64,000 bases of DNA, from contig JBHGNT010000015.1 in assembly GCA_043228905.1 (NCBI GenBank), positions 3,224,001 through 3,288,000 on the forward strand. The letters are read 5' to 3'. A program made the position numbers and the translations under genes. The notes below the pieces were generated by a model. The model was given only the letters and a program-made list of their open reading frames with translations, searched no databases and was not told the origin of the DNA. Numbering within the stretch: the stretch's first letter is position 1; the number at the start of each line of letters is the position of its first letter. This DNA comes from Azolla caroliniana. Lineage: Eukaryota; Plantae; Polypodiophyta. This document shows, piece after piece, positions 1 to 12,400 of this stretch.

Positions 1-169
1 ATTGATAGAGAGAGCTTTGATCCACCTATCTGTAACAAATCAGAATAGATAAGATAATATATCATAATCATCATCTCTCTCATGCACTCCATAGTATGAT
101 AGGGCAGCTCAGGACCTCTACAATCAGTTAGAGGTTGAGGCAGGAAAGGATATAAAGGAAAGAATCTGC

Positions 170-460
170 CAACTGTACCATTGGGATGTGTAATCCGAGA
201 TATGTCATATTTACTGTTTTTATGAAATAAAGGGAAGAAACACTGCCTCTTCAAATCAGTCTTTGGTTCAGACCTCATGGTAATGGAATAAGAAGACAAC
301 AATCATTGGGACTGTTCTTGGTCCAAATCAAGAGGCAGAAAACTTGGTTGGCACACAAAAATATAACATGTTAAGTACCTACCATCCAGGTTCTTCGGCA
401 TTAAGAATATTCATAAAGCTTAAGAGGACACTAGAAAAACAGCAGATAGAGTAACTCTTA
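170..460 (+). mobile_element. LINE family A fragment (CCHC/C-terminal ORF2 region), degraded
   Basis: ATCTGCCAACTG...TTTTATGAAATAAAGGGAAGAAACACTGCCTCTTC matches the CCHC region of the copy at 20280-20380 (reverse complement) and the copy near 6750. Confidence 0.55.
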
Positions 461-1237
461 CTTAAAACTTGTAGCCAAATGGCCACCCTCATGTGAAAGG
501 GGCCCCACCTCATTGTAAAAAGATATAAAAGCCACACTGTTGACTGGAGGAGTTTTTCTTTCTTGAGTTTTCTACTTTCACATAATTAAATGAGAGCTCT
601 AATTCTTTCCTCTCAATCTCTCACTTGAGCCAAAGAGTGACTAACGTTAGGAGCTAATTAGCCGAACTCTAATTGCTTTACCTTATGTATGTGTTGTATA
701 CATCTTCATAATAGAAACAAAGTGTTCCTTATCTTGTATTCTTCTTATGCAAGTGTATTTAGTTATGATCTTCTATTAAGAGAGAGTTAACACAAGAAAG
801 AGTGAGCGCAAGTGCTAGTTATACTAGGGTTGTGAGACTAGAAGCTCATGGGTGATCAATAACCACTCTTGCCCAGTTTGCTACCAATAAGGTAAACAGA
901 GGTTCAGATCCTTTGGCCAACAATATCGTCATGGAGGTAGACCTCCATCAATTCGTTGACATGTTCTGGTGTCATGTACACAAAAGCTGCACACAGCAAA
1001 AATTCATCGGCAAAGAACCATAACCCCTCCTTCCCATGCTACAAGCCAATGCACAAGTAGGGTTCCAATCACAACAATCAAAAGGGCAAAGGATTGAATA
1101 CAAATTATCAATTTATTGTGCATGTAGGCAATGCCCATTTGGACTATGCTCCCATCACTTATATTCCTTGCTTTGGAACCCTCTCCAACTTGGATGGACC
1201 CATGTTAGAGATCTTTTGAACACAAGAGTTATTCGGT

Positions 1238-1355
1238 ACCTTAAGCAGTTTTACTAATCTCGTTATATTTACTTAGTTTCTTGCAATCTCTCATTCAGAC
1301 TCATAGACCATTTTGACCTCTTAAAAGATGTTAATATTTCTTTCTTCTTTCTATC
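1238..1355 (+). mobile_element. LINE family A 3' end with (TTTC)-type tail, in a PGK-like intron
   Basis: ...CATTTTGACCTCTTAAAAGATGTTAATATTTCTTTCTTCTTTC is the same terminus seen in about 10 other copies in the window; the upstream part matches 22765-22810. Confidence 0.7.
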
Positions 1356-1389
1356 TCTCTTGAGAAATAAAAATTAGGATAGGGCATAC

Positions 1390-3549
1390 AACTGCAATGA
1401 AGGGAAGCTCTGGTGATGATATTGCCTTGGTCAAGAAAAGAAGTTCTCTCTCAAGTTGAAAACCTGCAAGCCTGGCCCTAGTGAAACATGCTATACCCAC
1501 TGTCGATGCTAAAACTCTATGTGATATTGAGAAGGCGTCATTAACAAGAATATCAATGTTTTTGGACAATTCCTTGGCAAAGTCTTTGTCATTTGCCACT
1601 TCCTCTTTGTATAGCTTCAAGTTTCCCAACAATAAAATCTCCCCGTTTGACAAGCCTTCAATTTCTTTCTTCACTGCAGGACCTATCACGGAATTCACTG
1701 CCGAGATTTTTTTATCCAAATGCTGAGATAGGCAATCTATCAAAAAGCAACATGACTTAGTAAAAAAATATGCAAAAAAATTTAGCATGCATACTTCTGC
1801 CCACAGATTTGAAATGGAATTGACATGGAATTGTGAAAGTAAGAAATGAGAACACCTGCAATCATTTGAAAATCCATCAATTCATTAGGAGATTGGAACG
1901 GTGACCAATGACTTGCAATAACAATTCGAGCACCACAAGTAATCAAATATGATATTGTAGAGATAGCATCCGGTGCTAGTTCAACATCAATAACATCCCC
2001 TTTGTGACATATTGAGAGATCCCATCTCACTAGGACTACTTTCCCTAATAATTCCACTTTAGGGAAACCTTGCAGTGTGTCCCATGATAGAGAATGCTCA
2101 TGAAACCGTTCCTCTTTTACCTGCTTAGGAAACAGAAACAAGACACATATTCATCACATGCACATTTGCAATAAAATTCTTTATCAAACATGAACACACA
2201 TCTAACAAACAATGTGTGCAATTTTCATACCTATATTCTATTTATCAAGACCTAGTCAACTAAAGATCCTTAAAACTCTTCTCTCTGTTATTTTAGAAAT
2301 CTATATCATACTTACCACAGTCACACCAGGAATTATGCTTGGCTTCAGATCACTTTCTGTGAAAGCCACAGTTGCTGCTGTCAAAAACGATATTTAAGCA
2401 GTGATATATTTAAAATGGTCAATGCACAAACAGTGAACATCAGAAATAAAATATAAAAGGTTTGATTTTGGGCAACACTTGACACTTCCATGGAATTTTG
2501 ATTTTTTCCATTTACATGATTTTCTCAAAAAGATTTCATCTTCAGTATCTTAAATTCTTCATTTTGCCTATCATCGACCCCCATCCATGACGAGAGAAAC
2601 ACTCTACAATGAATATGACCACTAAGCATCCTCAAACCCCAAGATCTGTCCACTCCATCTTTTATTAAATAATGTTCAGTTTCAAAATCTTAAAGCAAGT
2701 TCAGCACACACTCCATTTTGCATATCCTCAGCATCGTGCATGGATGAGATTATGAGAAAACGCACTCTCATCAAAATGAGCTCCAAATCAGTTACTAAAA
2801 AAGGTACCAAGCATCAGAGAAACGATTTCTCCTATCTTTTCTTAAATAGTCTTCAATTTCAAATTCTTGAAGCGAGCATGGCATTCATATGGATTGCAGG
2901 AAATGGGAAATGCACTACGAAATGGTTATTTAGGATCACAATGCATCATCAAAACTTGAAACTCCAAATCTGTTTTACATGTGAATTTCATAATCTTAAA
3001 GCAAGATGCATCCTTTACTTTGCACTTCCACAGCTGCAGCTATTGGATGCCAAGGAAAAGAAAGAAAAACACACTTCGTGATGGAAATGTGCTTCAAATA
3101 TCGAAGTTCATTCCCATGACAATTCAAATTATACATTTCCTTTCCTCCTTCACTTTGCACTTCCACAGCTGCAGCTATCGGATGACAAGGAAAAGAAAGA
3201 AAAACACGCTTCGTGATGGAAATGTGCTTCAAATATCGAAGACAATTCAAACAATACGTTTCCTTTCCTTTCCTTCGGTTGAGTCATGTTTCTTTTTTGT
3301 TCGAGCGAAGCGTCCACAGCCTCAGCTATGGAATGACAAGGGAAAAAAAACAAAAAAAAAGGAGAAACACAGTTGGTCATGGAAGCCCGTACCTTTCTGC
3401 GGAAGCCTGCATGTTCGCGGAGTAGGGAAGGACGGGAAGTTGCAGGCGGAAGGGGGGAAGGACGGAGGGAGGAGACGAAGGAGGAGGCCTGCAGGACCAC
3501 GTTCTGCAGAGGAGGGAAGGAGGGAGGAGGAACTCAGAGTGTACGCCAT
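1390..3549 (-). CDS. Phosphoglycerate kinase-like protein (divergent, probably plastid-targeted); 5' part only, gene continues beyond the left edge
   Basis: GT-AG exons in consistent phase: 3549-3393 (MAYTLSSSSLL..., Ser/Pro/Arg-rich transit-peptide-like), 2377-2316, 2120-1856 (GKVVLVRWDL, GARIVIASHW), 1736-1390 (GEILLLGNLKLYKEE, DILVNDAFSISHRVLASTVG, PELPFIAV). These align to the PGK N-domain motifs GKRVLVRVDLN, SHLGRP, LLENVRF, YVNDAFGTAHRAHAS. Confidence 0.85.
3012..3384. repeat. Tandem duplication (~135-bp unit, two close copies plus a diverged third) in PGK-like intron 1
   Basis: TCCTT(T/C)ACTTTGCACTTCCACAGCTGCAGCTAT...GAAATGTGCTTCAAATATCGAAG at ~3012 and ~3146; TCCACAGCCTCAGCTATGGAATGACAAGG at ~3313. 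Confidence 0.8.
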
Positions 3550-4079
3550 AGCCAGAGAATGAATGAATGAAAGATCGATCATATATCAATATGGAACCTC
3601 ATAGTACGTAGCATACTCGAATGCATTTGCAAACATTCTTTTTCCATACGTTTTTCAAACGAATGCTCATGTTTTGCTTTTACATTTTTTACCTCACCTT
3701 TCTTGCCTTAAAAAAAAAAACGTTTTACCAAATAATGAAGTTATGAACATAAAAGTATGGTATTTAGTATTTAGTATTTACCATACCTCAAGGGTGTTTA
3801 CCGTACTCGAATGATTGAAACATACGCGAATGCGAATGAACGTATGGCGCGTATGGTTCAAACTTCATACTATGATGAGCAGGAGGTCATGGGTTCAAAC
3901 CCTGCATTCCACACATTGGCATCTACTTATGTACTACATTATGAGGATATTCTATAGATACATATCCATGGAGTCATAGAGAGGTCAGAAATTTTAGGTT
4001 TCTAAACCCGAGCTAGTAATCAAACAATTTACCACGAGAGTACGATAATTGTGAATTTGCGAATCGTGATAATTAAATA

Positions 4080-4430
4080 AATAAAAAGAGAGAGAATCAG
4101 TTGTGTAGATGTTATCAATATTATATTATTTGATTTTTTAGCAATCATAGTGTTATTGTTATCATTATTGTTTTGGTTGGTAGATCTGCATAGATATACT
4201 TTTTTATTAGCTAGTAGTCTAACAACTTACCACTAGGGTAAGATAATTGCAATAATTAAATGAAACATAGAAAGAGTTGGGCATGGAGATGTTATTTGTA
4301 TCATCAGGGTATTATATTTTTTCGTTTTGTAGTAATCGTGATGTTATTGTTAATTGTTATCGTTATTGTTTTGGTTGGTCCATATGCATACATACTTGTT
4401 TTTTGACTATTCACCAATTGATTTTATTGT
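4080..4430. repeat. Degenerate ~185-bp direct repeat dimer
   Basis: GTTATTGTT...TTATTGTTTTGGTTGGT...TGCATA.ATA occurs at ~4150-4200 and ~4343-4395. Confidence 0.5.
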
Positions 4431-6002
4431 TCTCGTTACCTTATTAGACATTAAGGATGGATTCATTCATTCCTTCCTTTTTTTATATATGTTGTTCTTA
4501 TTGATTTAGTTTTTATTTCAGGCTATTATTATTATTATTATTATTATTATTGTAGAATAAAGGGGTGTTCGAACTGTATAATGAGTGAGCGATTCAACTA
4601 GCTAGTCACTTAGGTGGGCAATTTTTCAGATCGAGTCACTTGGAGTATCTAGCTTTACCCCAACACGAAGCATGTTAATAGTTTGGTATTCTACACTCCA
4701 ACATTCGAATGAGGTATGAAATCAATCAAAGCTTGGGTCAAAAAGAGTGTACATTGTGAGTTTCACTCACTCTAGGTTTGAGTTGTTGCATTTCTATTAA
4801 TGGAAAGGTGACACGAATATGTGGTCTTCTTGTTGAGCCGCTGAGGATTTTTAACCTCCCATTTGGCAATTATATTTATGAGATTGTGTTGTTGGTTTTG
4901 CCAACTGTGAATTGTGGATCAGACATTGTAGGGATGAAGTAATTCATGCACAATTGGTTTGCCACTCATGTTAATTTCTAGAACCAAGTATACTCAATGT
5001 TGCACACGAACCACCCTTGAACCTTCGTTAGAGTTCTAGAGACCCACCAAGCAACATGATTCGTTGTCCATTGTAACCTACAATTGTTCCCTTAATAGAC
5101 AAGTTCATTTTTATACTTGGTATGAAGGGTCAACTTGGTTAGATACGTGCAATTATTTTCACTTTCCCTTACTTCTACCTTCAATGGTGTGGCGTTCTTC
5201 ATTATGCAATGGGAGCCAAAATGGAGGACTTCCCTTGTGTGCCCTTGGAAAATTTGTGATTTTCATGAACATTGACTTATGTGATATTTCAACATTGACC
5301 CACACAAACTAATTTTTTTGCTTAGTTTGTGGTTATAACATAGGGTCGTGAATTATAAAGCTTTTGGTCCATGGGTGAGTCATCACAGGCTTAGAACTTA
5401 GCATTTGAGAGGGAGTGTCAACAATTATAAGTACCCGCAAAGTGTAACTTTAGGTTGTGTTCACTATAAAAGGAGGGGCGGAGGGCACATTTTGGCTCCT
5501 TGAGGATTTTGGGTGTTTGAAGTCTTCTATGACCCCTTCTTGGTCTTCTAGGTCTTTGTCGTCTTTTGTGTTTAGCACTTGGGGAAGCTTCAAGGAGTGG
5601 ATTAACAAGCTCGTATGCCAATTGCACGAAGGGAAAACGGAGTAGCCTGAGCACTCTACACCGACTCGTGGCATCAAAGCCATCGGTAGTAGTTGCAGTC
5701 TCGGCAGCCCACTCATCTCATCTTCACTGGAAGCTTAATCCCTCTTCTCCTACCTTTCCTTCTTGCGTTGTTGTTTAATTAGTGGTTACCATTACCACTA
5801 TTGTTATAATCGCCTACCCTCGTTGTGATACATCATAAGTTATAAAATATTTATCTTAATTACTCAAGTGTTTTATGTCCCTAATTAAGGATATTCAGTT
5901 GTAATCTTGTTGTTGGCTCCTAATATTGTGATCATTACATTAATCGCTCATCTCACTCTAAGCTTGTGTACTAATTGCGGCTTAACTCCAAGAGAGACTT
6001 CC

Positions 6003-6155
6003 CTCCCTTTGACTTTGGGCTCCCTTCAACTCTAGGCTCCCTTCGACTTTGAGCTCCCTTCGAGTTTGGGCTCCCTTCGAGTTTGGGCTCCCTTCGACTC
6101 TGAGCTCCCTTTGAGTATGGGATCCATTTGAGTCAGAGGATCATTCGAGTCCATG
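6003..6155. repeat. 17-bp minisatellite, consensus CTCCCTTCGA(C/G)TTTGGG, 7 good plus 2 decayed copies
   Basis: Units start at 6003, 6020, 6037, 6054, 6071, 6088 and 6105, then decay. Confidence 0.85.
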
Positions 6156-6664
6156 ACTTGTCCTCTACTTTTTCTCGGCCCATATGAACTCCCTAGTCCA
6201 AGAGCCTTATGGTTCTGCTTGAGTAGCACACGCACACGTGATATCGCAACAATGGAAACAAACACTTAAGGTTTGGGCCTTAGGTGAGATTTAGTTAAAT
6301 AAATTATTGAGGTTGTAGCTAATGAGAGATTAAAGATATCGAGAGAGACCTAAGCTCAATATCAAGCTTACTAGATGTGAAGAAGAAGCATAAAAACTTT
6401 AAAACGTTTGTTTTATAGTTTTTACAATGTTATCGAGACTTTTTGCATTTTCCAAGTTTCTACATTCCTTTGTCCCTTTCCTTGATGATACACTTGTTCC
6501 TTCCTTTCATATCAAAATCTAAATGCAGGGAAATGACTAATACCTTCAAATAATGATCATGGAGCTTTAGGAAACCTTTTTTTATTTTATTTGGTATGGA
6601 TGACATGAAGTCACCCATATTGTTAATCGTGGTTTGTCTCATAGATCAAATTTGGGCTATGGTA

Positions 6665-6990
6665 AATGTTAATATTTCTTTCTTTCTTTATTACTCTCTT
6701 TGGCTTGACTTGTCCACCATGCGATGGTTTCTTTGTCATTGTGATGCTTTTATGAAATAAGAGGGAGATATTATTGCCTCTTCAAACAAGTCATTAACTC
6801 ACTACGCAAGATTAGGGAACACAACAATTACTGAAACTCAAAATATGGAGAGGTGAGTTGTTGAAGGACAATAATTCAACTACAACAACTCATCAATGAA
6901 GGTCAATCACCAGATTCTTTAACTACAATCAATCAAGGACTACACAAGTGAATTCTCAATCAAGACACACAATTGGGGTTATAACAGGTT
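6665..6990 (+). mobile_element. LINE family A fragments (tail plus CCHC region); the only intergenic copy recognised
   Basis: GTTAATATTTCTTTCTTTC at ~6668, then TTTTATGAAATAAGAGGGAGATATTATTGCCTCTTC and GTTGTTGAAGGACAATA, matching the reverse complements of 20160-20310 and 34560-34690. Confidence 0.6.
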
Positions 6991-8117
6991 TATAAGAGTA
7001 ATGTGTTGTATATGTAGCCCACGACCATCTAAACCTCAACCTTGTCACACACACACTTGTAAATGAAAAATAAAGGCCAACATCACCTATGGCGCTTCCC
7101 TCAATTCAAATATCTCTTTGTCTTGGAATGGCTTGAGTTGGGGGTTTTTCGAAGAAGACACAAGCTACAACCTATCTAAGTTTAGAATATTAAGTTTGTA
7201 TATATATAAATTCTTTAACACTATAAATTTAGTTGTATTTACTAGTTTGTTGTTCTCAATGGAGACAATACATTTCAATACATTTTCTTCTTTGTTTTTA
7301 TATGCCTTTTGCCCTCTAAAATATGTTATGAAATTGTGGAGAATAGGATAAACCTAACCATGTAATCCAACACAGAATTATACAAGCATTGTGTCTTCCA
7401 TTGCATTGATTTTTAGGCAGTGAGAGGGAAATAACAATGCCTAATTGAGTATGTCTTTGTCCTGGTTATAGGATATAAACACACACAATAATTAGAATTT
7501 ACTCGTGCTAGACATCAAGAGACATGGATAGTTGGAGGATAACAATACAACCACAACAAAAATGTTTACTTCGTCATCATCATTCATTCCATGTGTGTTA
7601 TGTCAATCAATGGTTATACAATTAGGGTGTCCATCCAAATATTGTAAATGGATTACATAGATTTAGAAATAACACTTTTTTTGTTTACATACATTGTGTT
7701 TTTTTTTTAATCACGATCTTGAAACCCTTGTTACTACATGAGGTGTTATATCTCTTTAAAGTTCTCTCTATCTCAAAATAGTCAATGTTACGAATTATTT
7801 GAAGACAAAAGTTTTAGCTTAACGAATATCACATTTTCAAACTTGAATTGGCCCATGTTGAAGATATTTCATAAGCAAATGTTGACAGCCACTAAGATCA
7901 CAACATTGCGTGTTTAATGAACAAGGATCTTTGACATTGTGTAATTTTATTGTTTTCGTTACATTCATCTTGGTTTGTTATTGCATAATCTTACATGGCA
8001 TTTTGGAAACGGAGAGGAATGTCAACTAAAATAACATGACAATGGAAACCTTGAGAAAACATTAAATCATCACGATATGTGTGTTGATGGGTGGGGGGTG
8101 GAACCAATATCGGCTCC

Positions 8118-8368
8118 ACCCAAACCATGTATATCTATATTACGAGTGGAGGAACAACGATACATGGCTCATGGCCGGAGTTATAACAGAAGTATGATCA
8201 AATGCTTACAATATCCTATTCTAGCGAAGGGGGGCTTCCTCTCTCCTCATTTCGCCCTAGCTAGAATAGGATATTGTAAGCATCTGATCCTACTTTTGTT
8301 ACAACTCCGGTAGTGAGCCGGGTATTGTTGTTCCTCCACTCGTAATATAGATATACATGGTTTTGGGT
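8118..8368. repeat. Long inverted repeat / foldback (~108-bp arms, ~34-nt spacer); candidate MIRNA/hpRNA or MITE
   Basis: 8118-8225 is the reverse complement of 8260-8368 with 10 substitutions and one 1-nt indel (counted by hand). Confidence 0.9.
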
Positions 8369-8526
8369 CTATTCTGTTATGTGTTTACGATCACGCTTAG
8401 AAGTTGATTCTTGAATTAAGATCGTGTCCTATGACTAAATGACGCTGATCATTTCATTACACGACATTGATTGCAGAGCAAATCTCGTGCACATTCTGTT
8501 TTTCCACCGCGTACCACGACCCCTTG

Positions 8527-8698
8527 TGTCGAATACAAGTGTATAATGGACGTATTCACACTATCCCTTTGGGCCATTTATGTAATTAGCATAAAGGGTA
8601 GTTGCCCTAAGTCGGTCACTATATATAGTGACCTTGTAACCTTTTTGTAAGGTTGGGTGTTGTATTATTGTTTCTATTGAAAAGAAAGTCTTTTGTGC

Positions 8699-8730
<32 letters not shown>

Positions 8731-8816
8731 AACGACCTAGAAACTGTCATACGCAGGTATTCAAACACCAATCGAATGCTTCTTGATCTTCCGCATAGAC
8801 GACCTCGTCCTCAACA
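8527..8816 (+). repeat. 5' LTR (290 bp) of the Copia element
   Basis: TGTCGAATAC...CCTCAACA; contains a TATA inside a 20-bp palindrome and (CT)12(GT)4. Confidence 0.97.
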
Positions 8817-8818
8817 TC

Positions 8819-8831
8819 TGGTATCAGAGCC
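8819..8831 (+). other. Primer-binding site, tRNA-iMet
   Basis: TGGTATCAGAGCC starts 2 nt after the 5' LTR; this is the canonical plant PBS-Met. Confidence 0.95.
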
Positions 8832-9491
8832 TGCACAGTAGTCGGTCCTTCAATCTGCTGTCGGCCGTCGTCTCAGCCTGCACAGCATTCGGTTTCCTGC
8901 GTCATTCGAAGAAGAGAGAAGAAGAAGAGAAACGAGGCTTGCATCTCATCGCGTTAGATCATCTTCGCTTGGAGTAAGCCAGCAGGTTGTACTCTGTCCC
9001 TTGTGATCGTAACCGCTCGAGGTGAAATCCCCTTGTGCAACATTGACACGATCGTGCTCCACCCGGTTAAACGGCATCCGAAGAGGTAATCAAACGCCGC
9101 TCATTGTAACCACTCGGTGCAGATCGGTCTCAAGACAACAACCCCAAATTCGTGCTTCATCTGGCTGATCGACATTCGGGAGGATCAGTTGGATCCGTCT
9201 CTCTCGTTGCTGCAGTCAACCGAAGCAGAATCGGTCCAGATAATCGGTTTCAATAATCGGTATTCGGCATATATATCCGAAGCGAACCGGGCTCACTCCG
9301 ACTTGGCAACATTCGGGAAGACCAGTCGGTTCTGTCCCTCAAGCTACCGGAGTCAATTCGAGCAAGTTCCGAAGCCGAACAGACTCGGGTTCAAATCCGA
9401 CTAGAACGATATCGGGTGAGCCAACCGGCTGCACTCCAACAAGGCTCGTAGTCAACTCCGAACCGAGCTTCGTCAACCGAAACCAAATTTG

Positions 9492-12400
9492 ATGGCATCA
9501 ACATCCGGCTCGTCAGAAATGAGTCTACGAAAGTTCGATGGATCGAACTTCAACTTCTGGAAGGAACAAATGCAGGACTATCTCATAGTCAAGGGGCAAA
9601 TCGATCCCATCGAAAATGAAGAACCTCCAGAAGGATACAAACCAATTGAGTGGCAGAAGCTGGACAGAATCGTCCGTGCCACGATTCGGATGCACTTATC
9701 GGAATCGGTATACTTTACGGTGCAATCGTGTACGACAGCATTCGAACTGTGGAAAACACTGTCGGACACTTACGAAAAGAAGGTCGCCGCAACAAAGATG
9801 TTTCTGATCCGGCGCCTCTACAACTTGCGGATGAAAGAATCCGACTCGGTTCAAGCACACCTCAATGAGTACGAAAGCATAAGCTCCCAAATCTCATCAC
9901 AGGGGACGACAATCGAGGATGAACTCAGAGCAATGATACTCATGAGTAGCCTTCCCTCATCATGGGAAACTTTCGTCACAACCGTGTGCAACGCGTCAAC
10001 CACGGCTGTTAAATACTCCGAAGTCACGAGCGCAATCCTGACCGAAGCAGCTCGGAGAAAGTCTTTCGCCAAAGACTCAACAGACGACGCTTATGTAGTA
10101 CAAGGTTCGACAGACCGATCGAACATACGAGGAAGAGATTCCTCACGACCGCCGAACAATCAGCGAAGACGAAGCCAGTCACGGGATAACCGAATCTGCA
10201 ACTATTGCAAGAAACCCGGACACATCAAAGCCGACTGCCGCGCACTCAAGAACAAGAACAACAAGAAGAGTGGCCGGCATGAGGAGATCAATTACGTCAG
10301 CTTCTCAGCTGATGTGCTACCAGACGACCCGAATATACTATCAATCGAAAATCCAGTCGGATCAGAAGTCCTACTCACGACTGAAGAGTCGAGCACATGG
10401 CTCTTAGATTCGGGCGCGTCATTTCACGTGACTCCTCATCGATCCCAATTTCGGCAATATACGATCCGTCACTCCGACTCAGTTCGAGTCGGCAACTCAC
10501 AACACTGTGACATCATCGGAATCGGCACAGTAGAGCTCAACCTTGCAGGTGGCTCTACACTTGTACTCCACAATGTCCGACATGTACCCGAGCTCTCTAG
10601 GCCATTGATCTCAGTCGGACAACTAGATGAAGACGACATTCGTGCCGGTTTTTCTTCGGGAGGGTGGACACTCCACAGGGGGAACCTCCTGCTTGCTAGA
10701 GGACCCAAGATACACTCACTGTATCCGTTACATGTTACGCTCAGAGAGGGTAACCTGTTTTTGGTGGATATTCCTGTGTCATCACTATGGCACAGAAGAT
10801 TAGGACACCTCAGCAAGGCCGGCATTACGCATCTATCTAGAGCCGGATACATCCCTAAACTCTCCTTCTCCGACCATCAATTCTGCGAGCATTGCCAGTA
10901 TGGCAAACAAGCAGCCGCATCACACCCGACATCAGCACCAAGAGAAACGAGACCTCTCGATTTGGTCCACTCGGACGTCTGTGGCCCAATGCCGCATCAG
11001 TCTCTCGGCGGTGCCTCTTACTTCGTCACTTTTATTGACGATTCGACTCGAAAGGTGTGGGCTTATCCGATTCGCACCAAAGATCGGGTCTTCTCGATCT
11101 TCTCCGATTGGCTCGCTATGGTAGAAAATCAAACCGACCGAAAACTGAAATGCTTTCGGACCGACAATGGGGGAGAGTTCAAATCAGAAGAATTCGTCAA
11201 ATTCTGCCGACAACGCGGCATCCGACGTGAATTTACGGCACCACACAGTCCGGAGCAAAACGGGATTGCAGAGCGAATGAATCGGACAATCCAAGAACGG
11301 ATAGTTTCCATGCTCCAACACTCCGGACTGTCGGATGGCTTCTGGGCAGAGGCTCTACTCACGGCAGTACACATAATCAATATGTCACCAAGTAGACCTC
11401 TAGGACTTCAAATTCCTCAGGAACTATGGATCGGCAGTAAGCCGAATTACGACAAGCTGAGGATCTTCGGATGCGAGGCGTACGCCCTTATTCCGAAAGA
11501 TGATCGCCGAAAACTTGCACCTCGGTCCAGGAAATGCATTTTTCTTGGATATGGATCCGACGGCGAAATGGGATACCGACTCTGGGATCCCGAACGCAGA
11601 CAAATCGTCCGAAGTTCGGACGTTGTGTTCAACGAGTCGGCTATGAATCCATCAGTCGAAAAACCGATCGAAGTCCGAAGGGTAACATTTTCCGATGTGC
11701 CGACCCTTCAAGAAGGCCCCGCTCTCAACACACGGTCAGCTTCACGGGTAGCTGAACCTTACACTACCGACTCGGACAACTCCGACTCGGCACAGCAGAA
11801 CAATCCGCTTTCGGACCATCCGACCACGATACCCGATGCGACCAGTCCAATCATACCTCGACGATCCGAGAGACTGTCGCAACCTCCGGAGAGGTACTCT
11901 CCTGGAATTTTCTTCACCGACGCCGGCGAACCGACGTCTTACGAAGAAGCATCGACATTTGTCGATTCAGCCACCTGGCATCTGGCGATGGAGTCGGAAA
12001 TGCACTCCATTCGGGCAAACAAGACTTGGGATCTGGTCGAATTACCTAAGAACCGACGTGCTCTTCCTTGCAAGTGGGTTTATCGACTAAAAGAGACGTC
12101 TGATTCGACCACCCCAAAGTACAAGGCCAGATTAGTTGCGAAGGGCTTCCGACAAGAATATGGCGTCGACTTCGACGAGATTTTTTCACCAGTGGTGAAA
12201 ATGACAACCCTTCGTTTTCTACTCGGCGTAGTGGCAGCCGACAACTTGGAGCTGATTCAGCTAGATGTCAAAACAACCTTCCTCCATGGTGATCTCGAGG
12301 AGGAAATTTATATGGAGCAGCCAAAAGGCTTCGTGGCAACTGGCCAAGAACATCTAGTCTGCCGACTCAGGAAGAGTCTATACGGCCTCAAACAGGCACC

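Noticed and set aside
469-886. Possible solo LTR (TGTAGC...GCTACCA, with TATA and CT-rich parts)
   Set aside because: Termini are imperfect, no matching TSD was found, and there is no second copy in the window.
2981-3562. 193-aa plus-strand ORF opposite PGK-like exon 1
   Set aside because: Composed of the intronic tandem duplication plus the antisense of a GC-rich exon; no domain.
3845-3915. tRNA-like B-box (GGAGGTCATGGGTTCAAACCC), with a similar motif at ~44752-44785
   Set aside because: No cloverleaf or acceptor stem can be built; at most a decayed SINE head, too weak to call.
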